From Gemmatimonadota bacterium (GTDB lineage: Bacteria > Gemmatimonadota > Gemmatimonadetes > Gemmatimonadales > Gemmatimonadaceae): DNA of 31,018 nt. Positions 1 to 7,149 of the stretch are shown here, one piece after another. A model generated the notes under the pieces. The model saw nothing but the letters and a program-made list of their open reading frames with translations, had not been told where the DNA came from and did not search any database. The stretch's first letter is position 1. Every line of letters starts with the position of its first letter. The translations under genes and the position numbers were made by a program. The stretch lies in NCBI GenBank assembly GCA_040389905.1, contig JAZJZK010000058.1, positions 1 through 31,018 of the forward strand. The letters are read 5' to 3'.

Positions 1-50
1 ATCGCCTCTGTGTGCCCAGGCATCCCCCACATGCCTTCCTTCGCTTGACT
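1..50 (-). rRNA. rrl: 23S rRNA, 5' end only (continues beyond the left edge)
   Basis: Reverse complement reads AGTCAAGCGAAGGAAGGCATGTGGGGGATGCCTGGGCACACAGAGGCGAT, matching the conserved 23S start (GGTCAAG...GGATGCCTTGGC...GCGATGAAGG). Confidence 0.92.
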
Positions 51-234
51 ACAAAAACGTCAAGCAGATATACGCGCGTTGCTATCGCAATCTACCTATT
101 ACCAATCCGCTGCTTCTCATTTCGTGGCATGCCACGACGATCACACCGGCTCGGTAAAGATTCCATTTCCCACGATTTGCCGCCGGCCAAAAAGACCATA
201 CAAAAAGGCCGACGACCCATCCTCTGTCCTTCAC

Positions 235-246
235 TTTTCAAACAGC
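235..246 (-). promoter_or_regulatory. boxA-like rRNA antitermination element
   Basis: Minus strand GCTGTTTGAAAA resembles rrn boxA (GCTCTTT(A/G)A(C/A)AA). It lies just downstream of the P2 promoter, in the 23S leader. Confidence 0.65.
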
Positions 247-282
247 GATCCGCGTTTCAGAAACTCTCGCGGTGAGCCTTGC

Positions 283-311
283 ATTGTAAACGGGCGATGA
301 TGCGCCTGCAA
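283..311 (-). promoter_or_regulatory. sigma70 promoter (rrn P2-like) for the 23S rRNA gene
   Basis: Minus strand TTGCAG-17 nt-TACAAT, pointing at the 23S gene. Confidence 0.8.
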
Positions 312-380
312 GTGCATCAGCCCCATCACTTTCGTTCCCAACCTCTCGACCGAAAAAACAACGATTCGAGAAGGGTCGTA

Positions 381-409
381 ATTCTACCCGATCGCACCCG
401 CCGATTCAA
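381..409 (-). promoter_or_regulatory. sigma70 promoter (rrn P1-like) for the 23S rRNA gene
   Basis: Minus strand TTGAAT-17 nt-TAGAAT, 98 nt upstream of P2, like tandem rrn P1/P2. Confidence 0.8.
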
Positions 410-434
410 GTGTATCACCGCTTACCTTCCCTCC

Positions 435-1598
435 ATGCAATCGGCCACCGTCTCCACAAAAGGCGCTCGGCGTTGGGACGCCGGACACCCCTGGATCTAT
501 CGCAGCGACCTCATCGACCGCCCGACTGGCGACGCCGGCGCCGTCAGCGTCCGCGACCAACGCGGAAAGCCACTCGGCGTCGCCCTCTGGAGTCCGACGT
601 CCGAAATCTCACTCCGCTTGCTCGATCGCAACCCCGACGCACGCATCGATGGCGATTGGTGGAACGCCGCCATCGGACGCACGATCGCACGACGTAGCGG
701 ACTCGACGCCGACGCCTCGGCATACCGACTCGTCCACGGAGAGGGAGACGGACTCCCCTCCCTCGTCGTCGACAAATACGGCCAGTGGCTCGTCATCCAG
801 CTCATGAGTGCCGGCCTCGAACGATTCCGCAACGAGATCGTCGATGCCCTGACGGCGCATGTACAACCAACCGGCATCCTCGCGCGCAACGACGTCTCGC
901 TGCGAACAAAAGAGGGACTGGGTACCGACGTCGAATTGTTAGTAGGAAGCGTACCGGACGAAATCGAGATACACGAACACGGCATCCGCTACCTCGCAGC
1001 GCCGTGGCGTGGACAGAAAACCGGGGCATTTCTCGACCAGCGCGAGAACCGCGCACTCGTCGGTCGCATCGCACGCGGCAGAGCACTCGACTGCTTCAGT
1101 TACCACGGCTCCTTCGCACTGCACCTCGCGAAAAAAGCGGACTCCGTGATCGCGCTCGACTCCTCGGGGCACGCACTCACGCGCGCCGACGAGAATTTTC
1201 GACGCAACGGCTTCACGAATGGTCAGTTCCTCGAGGCGAATGCGTTCGAATACCTGAAGGCGACGGAGCGTGAGCGCGTTCGCTTCGATACGATCGTGCT
1301 CGACCCGCCAGCCTTTGCAAAAACGCGCGCGTCACTCCCCGCCGCAGTTCGCGGCTACAAGGAGATCAACCTTCGTGCGATGCGACTGCTGACGCCTGGT
1401 GGCCTGCTCTTCACCGCAAGCTGTTCCTTCCACATGACGAAGCCACTCTTCCTCGAAATGCTCGAGGCCGCGGCAGCCGACAGTGGACGCCGAATGGCCC
1501 TTCGCGAAATCCGAGGACAACCGGTGGATCATCCGGAGTTGCTCACGGTACCGGAAACAGGGTACATCAAGGGCGCGCTGCTCGAGGCAATGGACTGA
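435..1598 (+). CDS. rlmI: Class I SAM-dependent rRNA methyltransferase, RlmI (23S m5C1962) family
   Basis: N-terminal PUA-like GHPWIY, then GEGDGLPSLVVDKY, GQKTGAFLDQRENR, LDCFSYHGSF, IVLDPPAF and TASCS motifs. Start trimmed to ATG 435 because the longer ORF runs through the rrn promoters. Confidence 0.88.
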   Translation: MQSATVSTKGARRWDAGHPWIYRSDLIDRPTGDAGAVSVRDQRGKPLGVALWSPTSEISLRLLDRNPDARIDGDWWNAAIGRTIARRSGLDADASAYRLVHGEGDGLPSLVVDKYGQWLVIQLMSAGLERFRNEIVDALTAHVQPTGILARNDVSLRTKEGLGTDVELLVGSVPDEIEIHEHGIRYLAAPWRGQKTGAFLDQRENRALVGRIARGRALDCFSYHGSFALHLAKKADSVIALDSSGHALTRADENFRRNGFTNGQFLEANAFEYLKATERERVRFDTIVLDPPAFAKTRASLPAAVRGYKEINLRAMRLLTPGGLLFTASCSFHMTKPLFLEMLEAAAADSGRRMALREIRGQPVDHPELLTVPETGYIKGALLEAMD

Positions 1599-1640
1599 GG
1601 AACCGCTCGCATGCTGACGCGTGCTTGACGGCTACAACAC

Positions 1641-2417
1641 TCAGCGGGCCTGGCAAATCGGGCAAAAATATGTCGATCGCCCGGCCTGAGAAATTCGCTC
1701 AATCGGCGTTTGACACACGCGACATGGGTGTCCTTCACGATCGTACACATCGAGCGTGATCGTATCGTCGTCCGTGTAGCGCGAGCCAGTGGCGCGTTTC
1801 AGGACGGCGGCGATCGCGCTGCGGAGTTTTTTCACCTGCGTCGCCGAGAGTGCGTTGCTTGCTGCACGCGGATCGATCTTCGCACGCCACAGTGATTCCG
1901 CCGCATAGATGTTGCCGAGCCCCGCGACGAGCTTCTGATCCAACAGTGCGGGCTTGATCGGTCCCTTGCGTTTCGAGAGCGCGACGCCGAGGTGTTGCGC
2001 CGTCCACCCCTTGTCCGATGCGTCAGGGCCAAGACCGAGATCGAGCTCCGCTCCGGCGGGATGCAACTCGATGGTACCCAGCGCCCGCGAGTCAACGAAG
2101 GCGAGTCGTGATCCATCCGCGAACTCCAGCACGCCGCGCGCGAATCGAGGCAGTTCGTCGCTCGCCTGGCCGAATGCCCAGTCGCCATTCATGCGAAAGT
2201 GCGCATGCAGAACCCGTCCGTCCGCGAGATGCAGGAGCTGATGCTTCCCGCGGCGCTCGACGCGCGCGATGACCGCGCCCGCGAGACTGCGGAGCTTCGC
2301 GGGCGACAGCCGCTTGCGAAACGACGGATGCAACAGTCGCGCGTTGACGATCGTTCTGCCCGTTGCGTGGCGGCGGAGAGCCGTCATCGCGGCTTCGACT
2401 TCTGGAAGTTCCGGCAT
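1641..2417 (-). CDS. mutM: Formamidopyrimidine-DNA glycosylase / AP lyase
   Basis: N-terminal PELPEVE, RRGK, LLDQKLVAGLGNIYAAESLW (H2TH) and C-terminal CRVC...CPIC zinc finger. Confidence 0.95.
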   Translation of the reverse strand: MPELPEVEAAMTALRRHATGRTIVNARLLHPSFRKRLSPAKLRSLAGAVIARVERRGKHQLLHLADGRVLHAHFRMNGDWAFGQASDELPRFARGVLEFADGSRLAFVDSRALGTIELHPAGAELDLGLGPDASDKGWTAQHLGVALSKRKGPIKPALLDQKLVAGLGNIYAAESLWRAKIDPRAASNALSATQVKKLRSAIAAVLKRATGSRYTDDDTITLDVYDREGHPCRVCQTPIERISQAGRSTYFCPICQAR

Positions 2418-2432
2418 TCGCGTTCAGCTCGA

Positions 2433-2462
2433 TTGACAAGGCGCTGACAAGATACGCAGAAT
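2433..2462 (+). promoter_or_regulatory. sigma70 promoter for the CDF gene (probably leaderless transcript)
   Basis: TTGACA-18 nt-CAGAAT, ending 7 nt before ATG 2470, with no SD. Confidence 0.55.
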
Positions 2463-2469
2463 CACCCTG

Positions 2470-3375
2470 ATGCTCACGCCGGTACACTCGAACGCGGTCG
2501 TCCCTCCCCCGTCGGACCCCACGCGCTCGAATGGCGTGCGGCGAGCGCTCATGCTGGTGCTTCTGCTCAACGCACTGTCGGCAGCGCTCAAGGTGAGTGT
2601 GGGAGTGCGCACCGGCGCACTCACGGTTGTTGGCGCCGCGCTCGAATCGGTGCTCGACATGCTGAGCAATGTCGTCGCGATCCTGGCCATTTCCATTGCC
2701 TCCCGCGCACCGGACGACGATCACCCCTATGGTCACGAAAAGTTCGAGACCCTCGGTACACTCGGCATCGTGGTCTTCCTGAGCATCACCTGCTTCGAAC
2801 TCCTCCGCCAGAGTGTCATGGAGATGTTCGGTCAGCGCAGCGTTCCCCTTGCTGGGCGGCTGGACGGACTGTTGCTGATCGCCTCGCTCGTCATCAACGT
2901 CCTCGTGGTCCACTACGAACGCAAACGTGGCCGGGCGCTCGGAAGCACTTTGCTGATGGCGGATGCGTCGCACACCGCGGGCGACATTCTTGTGACGGCG
3001 CTCGCCATCACATCACTCGTCCTTTCGCACCTCGGTTATTCGGCGGCCGATGCCGCACTCGGCATGGTGGTCGCGTTGATCATCGCGTGGAGCGGATACG
3101 GAATTCTTCGCAGCTCCATCCCGATCCTCGTCGATGCCCGCGCGGTGGACGCGGACCGCCTCGCCGAAATTGTCAGGACGATTCCCGGCGTGCTTGGCGT
3201 GCGAGCGGCCCGTTCGCGCCGCACTGCGTCCGGTCACCTGTTTGCCGAAGTCACGATTCTCGTAGACGGCGCGACCTCGGTAACGGACGCCCACAACTTC
3301 ACGGACGAAGTGGAGCTGGCCATCGCACGCGAACTGGGAACTGCTGAGGCGATCGTACACGTCGAACCAGCATAG
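2470..3375 (+). CDS. Cation diffusion facilitator (FieF-like) metal transporter
   Basis: Multiple TM helices, PDDDHPYGHEKFE and ADASHTAGD motifs, and a C-terminal dimerisation domain ending IVHVEP. Confidence 0.92.
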   Translation: MLTPVHSNAVVPPPSDPTRSNGVRRALMLVLLLNALSAALKVSVGVRTGALTVVGAALESVLDMLSNVVAILAISIASRAPDDDHPYGHEKFETLGTLGIVVFLSITCFELLRQSVMEMFGQRSVPLAGRLDGLLLIASLVINVLVVHYERKRGRALGSTLLMADASHTAGDILVTALAITSLVLSHLGYSAADAALGMVVALIIAWSGYGILRSSIPILVDARAVDADRLAEIVRTIPGVLGVRAARSRRTASGHLFAEVTILVDGATSVTDAHNFTDEVELAIARELGTAEAIVHVEPA

Positions 3376-3524
3376 CCCGCTCGCTGGCGCTCGCTTGACG
3401 GGGAACGACAGTCGCAAGCTCAATCCGTCAAGCGGCCAAAGGCCGCGGGCTGTCGAGCGCCGAAAGGCGCGGACCGTCAAGCGAGCGCTAGCGAGCGAGC
3501 TGTCCAGCGGCCAACGGCCGCGGG
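3375..3524. repeat. REP/BIME-like array, family A (CYGTCNAGCG-hairpin-GCGRG units)
   Basis: One inverted unit (3375-3401) plus four tandem 24-26 nt units (3425, 3450, 3474, 3500). 3375-3401 and 3474-3500 form a 25/27 inverted repeat. Confidence 0.8.
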
Positions 3525-3526
3525 CT

Positions 3527-3577
3527 GCAAGTCCCTGTTATACAGGGACTTGCGCGGGTCGGTGAAAGTTCTAGCTT
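3527..3577 (+). promoter_or_regulatory. Perfect 12-bp palindrome overlapping a candidate sigma70 promoter
   Basis: GCAAGTCCCTGT-TAT-ACAGGGACTTGC (3527-3553) overlaps TTGCGC-16 nt-TAGCTT (3550-3577) upstream of the 3626 ORF. Confidence 0.5.
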
Positions 3578-3625
3578 AGATGCGTCTGCAAAAACAGATG
3601 CGTCCCCAACAAAAAGCTCGCCCGC

Positions 3626-4399
3626 ATGCCTCTGCGACCATCGCGTTCGCTCAAGACCGAGTATGCGTGCTACCTCGACGAGCGTATCGAGGAGTACAAG
3701 GAGTCCGTCTCCAGAAATGTGCTCCTCTCGATCGGAGACGAGGCGGTCACCTTCATCGCGAAACAGCCGCAGTTCGAGTTGACCGAGCTGGTTCTCTGCG
3801 ACGAAGTGAACAAGATCATCTCGAAGCGTCTGCGCCTGCCGTCCTACTCTGCATGGCGGAAGACCCGTTTGAAGCTGCTCGAGGAGCTGCGTCGTCCGGA
3901 GCACTGGGGATTGAGCCGAGACGACCTGGTGGTCCGTGCAGTGGAAGCAGTGGGAGGCGACTCTCGTGTGCTCGTGGCGGGAGCCGGTGTCGAAACACCG
4001 GCGCTGTATCTCGCCGCAAACGGGTGCGACGTCACTGCCCTCTCGGATGCCGACGCGGTTCAGCGCGTGATGGACGCGGCGGAAGAGGCGGGGCTCGGCG
4101 AGCGCGTGCACGTGAGTGCCTCGGCGCTCAATGCGTTCACGCCCGACGCTCCGCTCACGGCGGTGATCTACACGTCCGCAGCATTCAGAGGCCTGAGCGC
4201 CTCCGAGCGGACACGCGTCATTGAAGTCCTTCAGAGCGCGACAGCCGATGGCGGCGTGCACCTGGTGGAAACAATCGCTGCCGGAAAGCGCACCGCGGTC
4301 TCGCTGGACGAGTTGCGAAAGCGTTACCGCGGCTGGGATGTCACCATCGACGACGCGACGTCGAACTCCTTCCTCGCGCGCAAAGGGATTGCGGACTAA
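3626..4399 (+). CDS. Hypothetical protein: helical N-terminal domain plus degenerate class I methyltransferase-like fold
   Basis: Good coding-like composition. VLVAGAG...LYLAANGCDVTALS and DGGVHLV resemble Rossmann methyltransferase motifs but are degenerate. Confidence 0.7.
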   Translation: MPLRPSRSLKTEYACYLDERIEEYKESVSRNVLLSIGDEAVTFIAKQPQFELTELVLCDEVNKIISKRLRLPSYSAWRKTRLKLLEELRRPEHWGLSRDDLVVRAVEAVGGDSRVLVAGAGVETPALYLAANGCDVTALSDADAVQRVMDAAEEAGLGERVHVSASALNAFTPDAPLTAVIYTSAAFRGLSASERTRVIEVLQSATADGGVHLVETIAAGKRTAVSLDELRKRYRGWDVTIDDATSNSFLARKGIAD

Positions 4400-4496
4400 G
4401 TAGGCGGTAAATTTGTTTCGGAACGACACACTGTGTTCGATTCGTGACGTATCCATGTGACACACGAGACTATCCAGCATCGCGCATTTGTTCGCG

Positions 4497-4520
4497 TAAG
4501 TCTTTTATTTACAACACTTA
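4497..4520. promoter_or_regulatory. IHF-like binding site
   Basis: TAAGTCTTTTATT (4497-4509) has one mismatch to YAANNNNTTGATW and sits within a TAAGT...ACTTA palindrome, just upstream of a sigma54 motif. Confidence 0.55.
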
Positions 4521-4537
4521 AGTGAATTCTCACACAG

Positions 4538-4553
4538 TGGCACTGTAGCTGCT
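4538..4553 (+). promoter_or_regulatory. sigma54 (-24/-12) promoter
   Basis: TGGCACTGTAGCTGCT fits TGGCAC-N5-(T)TGCW with exact GG-N10-GC spacing, in an AT-rich island with an IHF-like site and TGT...ACA elements upstream. Confidence 0.65.
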
Positions 4554-4566
4554 TTAGAGGTGTTCG

Positions 4567-4591
4567 GCCCCCGACCGTTCCGGGGGCTTTT
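4567..4591 (+). terminator. Terminator-like hairpin
   Basis: GCCCCCG-ACCGTTC-CGGGGGC followed by TTTT. Confidence 0.5.
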
Positions 4592-4613
4592 CCTTGTCCG
4601 AGCATCTCTGTAT

Positions 4614-4760
4614 ATGAAGCACGACACTGAAGTCCAGACCGGCGAACCCGTCGGTATCGTCATCTCGCGAGGCGCAGAGCCGGAAACGCTGCCGAGATTC
4701 AGCGCGTTCGTATGGGCGCCGAGCCCTGACGATATCGAGATCGAGATCAAGGCCGCGTAG
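4614..4760 (+). CDS. Small hypothetical protein (48 aa)
   Basis: MKHDTEVQTGEPVGIVISRGAEPETLPRFSAFVWAPSPDDIEIEIKAA. GC-rich third positions, fills the gap between the promoter and the peptidase gene, no clear SD. Confidence 0.6.
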   Translation: MKHDTEVQTGEPVGIVISRGAEPETLPRFSAFVWAPSPDDIEIEIKAA

Positions 4761-4807
4761 TTCGAAAATTCGCTGGGCCCGGTACGCGCCTTGCCCCCGT
4801 TGGCGGC

Positions 4808-5830
4808 GTGTCCAGATCTCGAGAATGGGAACACGAGCGCGAACAGCTCCTGGGAAGTCGCATCTCGGAGCTCGGCCTTTCAATTGCCGGAAGCCGAGTC
4901 GAGCAGCTCGTCATGCGATTGCACGGTGAGCTAACCGCGCGAGGTCTCGCCTTTCGGCCGCTCGTGTACCTGAGCGACGAATGGGGTTGTCCCGACGGTA
5001 CTCCGCTGATCGGCGTGCCGTTCTATCTGGCCCACCGCGGACTCGAGATGCTCGAAGCAGAGCATGCGGGATCTGTCGAAGGGGATGACGAGGCGATGCG
5101 TTATCTCCGTCATGAGGCGGGGCATGCGATCAACTATGCCTTCCGACTCCACGAGAAGCCGGAGTTTGGCACACTCTTCGGCGACTATGCGCGGCCGTAT
5201 CGCGATCACTTTCCCGCCAACCCGATGTCGCGCGGCTTCGTGCGACACATCCTCGGATGGTATGCGCAAAAGCATCCAGACGAAGACTTCGCTGAAACGT
5301 TCGCGGTCTGGTTGACACCTGGACTCGACTGGAAAACCGAGTATGCCGATTGGCCGGCGCTCGCGAAGCTCGAATGGGTCGACCTGACGATGCGAGAGGT
5401 CGCCGACCAGAATCCAGAGTCGCCTGCAATCACGGACGATGACGTTCCGGTGGATACGATGCAGTGGACCGTCGCGGAACACTATGAAGAGCCAGAACCG
5501 CTTGCCGTCGGCGATGGACGACAGTTCGACAACGATCTGCGTCGGATCTTCGGCCCGGCGCAACTCGCTCCACTGGGAGAGGCGGCGGCGGGCTTCCTCG
5601 CGAGGCACGAGGGCGAGCTCGTTGCGCGTCTCGCGTATTGGGCGGGGCTCGGTGCCGCGGAAGTTCGTTCACTGCTCTTCAGCCTTCGCCAACGTGCGGC
5701 CACGCTCGACCTTCGAGTCGTCGGACTCGAGGCGACGACGCTGATCGAGCTCACCGGATTCGGAACGGCCGTGTTGCTGCACTGGCGCTACACGCATGAC
5801 GCCGACTCACTTCCTCACACAACGGCCTGA
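4808..5830 (+). CDS. Putative zinc-binding metallopeptidase
   Basis: LRHEAGH (HExxH) plus YAQKHPDEDFAETFAVWL. Its stop overlaps the ATG of the next gene (TGATG). Confidence 0.85.
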   Translation: MSRSREWEHEREQLLGSRISELGLSIAGSRVEQLVMRLHGELTARGLAFRPLVYLSDEWGCPDGTPLIGVPFYLAHRGLEMLEAEHAGSVEGDDEAMRYLRHEAGHAINYAFRLHEKPEFGTLFGDYARPYRDHFPANPMSRGFVRHILGWYAQKHPDEDFAETFAVWLTPGLDWKTEYADWPALAKLEWVDLTMREVADQNPESPAITDDDVPVDTMQWTVAEHYEEPEPLAVGDGRQFDNDLRRIFGPAQLAPLGEAAAGFLARHEGELVARLAYWAGLGAAEVRSLLFSLRQRAATLDLRVVGLEATTLIELTGFGTAVLLHWRYTHDADSLPHTTA

Positions 5831-6825
5831 TGAACATCGCCCTCCTCCACGGCGAGGACGCCGTCGAGCCGCCAGAGGATCCTGTACTCGCCCAGATCGA
5901 GGGCGCATTGCGCGCGCTCGACCACGCGGTCACGCGCGTCGCCGTGGGTACCGATGTGAAGCACGTCATCGACGGTCTCGCCGCTGTGGAACCGGCGATC
6001 GTCTTCAACCTGACCGAGTCGTTCGACGGAAAGAGCGCGCTCGACTCGAACCTTGCCGCCCTGCTCAACCTTCTCGGGTATCGGTACACTGGATCGAGTC
6101 CGTCGGGGCTGGTCATGTGCGGCGACAAGAGCCTCGCGAAGAAGGTGCTCCGCTTCCATGAGATCCTCACCCCGCAGTTCGCCACGGTGTATCGCGGCGC
6201 GCTCGATCACGTCGGGGACCTCGGCTTTCCGCTGATCGTGAAGCCTCCGCAGGAAGACGCATCGATTGGCATCACCTCGAAGAGTGTCGTTCGCGACATT
6301 CGTGAGCTCTTCAATACGATGGACTCGCTGCAGCGGGAGTTTCAGTCGCCGGTGCTCGTCGAGGAGTTCATCGACGGCCGCGAGTTCTATGTCGGGATCC
6401 TTGGCAATTCGTCGCCGCTCGCGTTGCCGGTGATGGAGCTCGACTTCACCGGCTTTCCGGCGGACCGGCCAAAGGTCGCGAGCTGGGAAGCCAAGTGGGG
6501 AGACGGCGGCACCGGAGGCGCCGAAGAAAGCGGTGCCGAATTCGCTGGAACCAAGTCGGTTTTCCCGACGGACGTGTCGGCGCCATTGCTCGAGCGAATG
6601 CAGGCGGTCGCCATCGAGGCATTCAACGCACTCCGGCTTCGCGACTATGGTCGTGTCGACCTGCGCGTGACGCCGGATGAGCGGATCTTCGTCATCGAGG
6701 TGAACCCAAACTGCTATCTCGAGCGGACGGCCGAATTCTCACGAGCGGCGGAGAAGTCCGGCCTGGCGCACGACGCGCTGATCGGCAGGATCGTGGAGTT
6801 GGCACAGGGCCGCTACACACGGTGA
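5830..6825 (+). CDS. ATP-grasp ligase, D-Ala-D-Ala-ligase-like but non-canonical
   Basis: DKSLAK, FPLIVKP...ASIGI, VEEFIDGREF and GRVDLR...IEVNPN motifs. Lacks the GGxSxE(H/R)EVS N-terminal motif of true Ddl. Confidence 0.88.
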   Translation: MNIALLHGEDAVEPPEDPVLAQIEGALRALDHAVTRVAVGTDVKHVIDGLAAVEPAIVFNLTESFDGKSALDSNLAALLNLLGYRYTGSSPSGLVMCGDKSLAKKVLRFHEILTPQFATVYRGALDHVGDLGFPLIVKPPQEDASIGITSKSVVRDIRELFNTMDSLQREFQSPVLVEEFIDGREFYVGILGNSSPLALPVMELDFTGFPADRPKVASWEAKWGDGGTGGAEESGAEFAGTKSVFPTDVSAPLLERMQAVAIEAFNALRLRDYGRVDLRVTPDERIFVIEVNPNCYLERTAEFSRAAEKSGLAHDALIGRIVELAQGRYTR

Positions 6826-6833
6826 CCGAACGA

Positions 6834-6863
6834 AAGAAGCCGGCGCGATTGCGCCGGCTTCTT
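6834..6863. terminator. Hairpin terminator between convergent genes (probably bidirectional)
   Basis: Perfect 13-bp stem AAGAAGCCGGCGC-GATT-GCGCCGGCTTCTT. Confidence 0.8.
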
Positions 6864-6882
6864 CGTGCTCGGAGAGCGAGAA

Positions 6883-7014
6883 CTACTTCTTGCCCTTCTT
6901 CGCAGCCTTCTTCGCACCCTTCTTCGCGGCCTTCTTTGCGCCACCCTTCTTAGCTGCGCCCTTCTTCGCGGCGCCCTTCTTCGCGGCCTTCTTTGCAGCC
7001 TTTTTTGCGGCCAT
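6883..7014 (-). CDS. Histone H1-like Lys/Ala-rich small basic protein (43 aa)
   Basis: MAAKKAAKKAAKKGAAKKGAAKKGGAKKAAKKGAKKAAKKGKK. GGAG SD 6 nt upstream, synonymous codon variation among repeats, terminator downstream. Confidence 0.85.
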   Translation of the reverse strand: MAAKKAAKKAAKKGAAKKGAAKKGGAKKAAKKGAKKAAKKGKK

Positions 7015-7149
7015 GGTAATCTCCAGTGAAGGAGGTAAACGCCCGATCGAACCCCCGGTGGTTCGTACGAGCCAGTGGTTGGACGCCGAAGCGCCTTCCC
7101 CACCGTGGCACGATCTCATGGTAAGACCGTGACATCATGCGGCGCCGAC

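Noticed and set aside
51..280. Possible ITS tRNA (Ile/Ala) or 16S 3' end upstream of 23S
   Set aside because: No cloverleaf/TTCRA arm and no 16S 3' GATCACCTCC sequence on the minus strand.
12..434. ORFs 12-275 and 79-300, and the N-terminal extension of rlmI from 279
   Set aside because: They overlap the 23S 5' end, leader and promoters, and their composition is not protein-like.
3375..3524. CRISPR array interpretation of the tandem ~25-nt units (also 17254-17355)
   Set aside because: Units are adjacent without unique spacers, degenerate and present in both orientations, and no cas genes are present.
5830..6825. Calling this gene ddl
   Set aside because: It lacks the N-terminal GGxSxE motif and cell-wall gene context, so it is kept as an ATP-grasp of unknown substrate.
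6890..7132. Plus-strand Phe/Ala-rich ORF (FFAAFFAP...)
   Set aside because: It is the antisense reading of the Lys/Ala-rich gene, which has the SD and terminator support.
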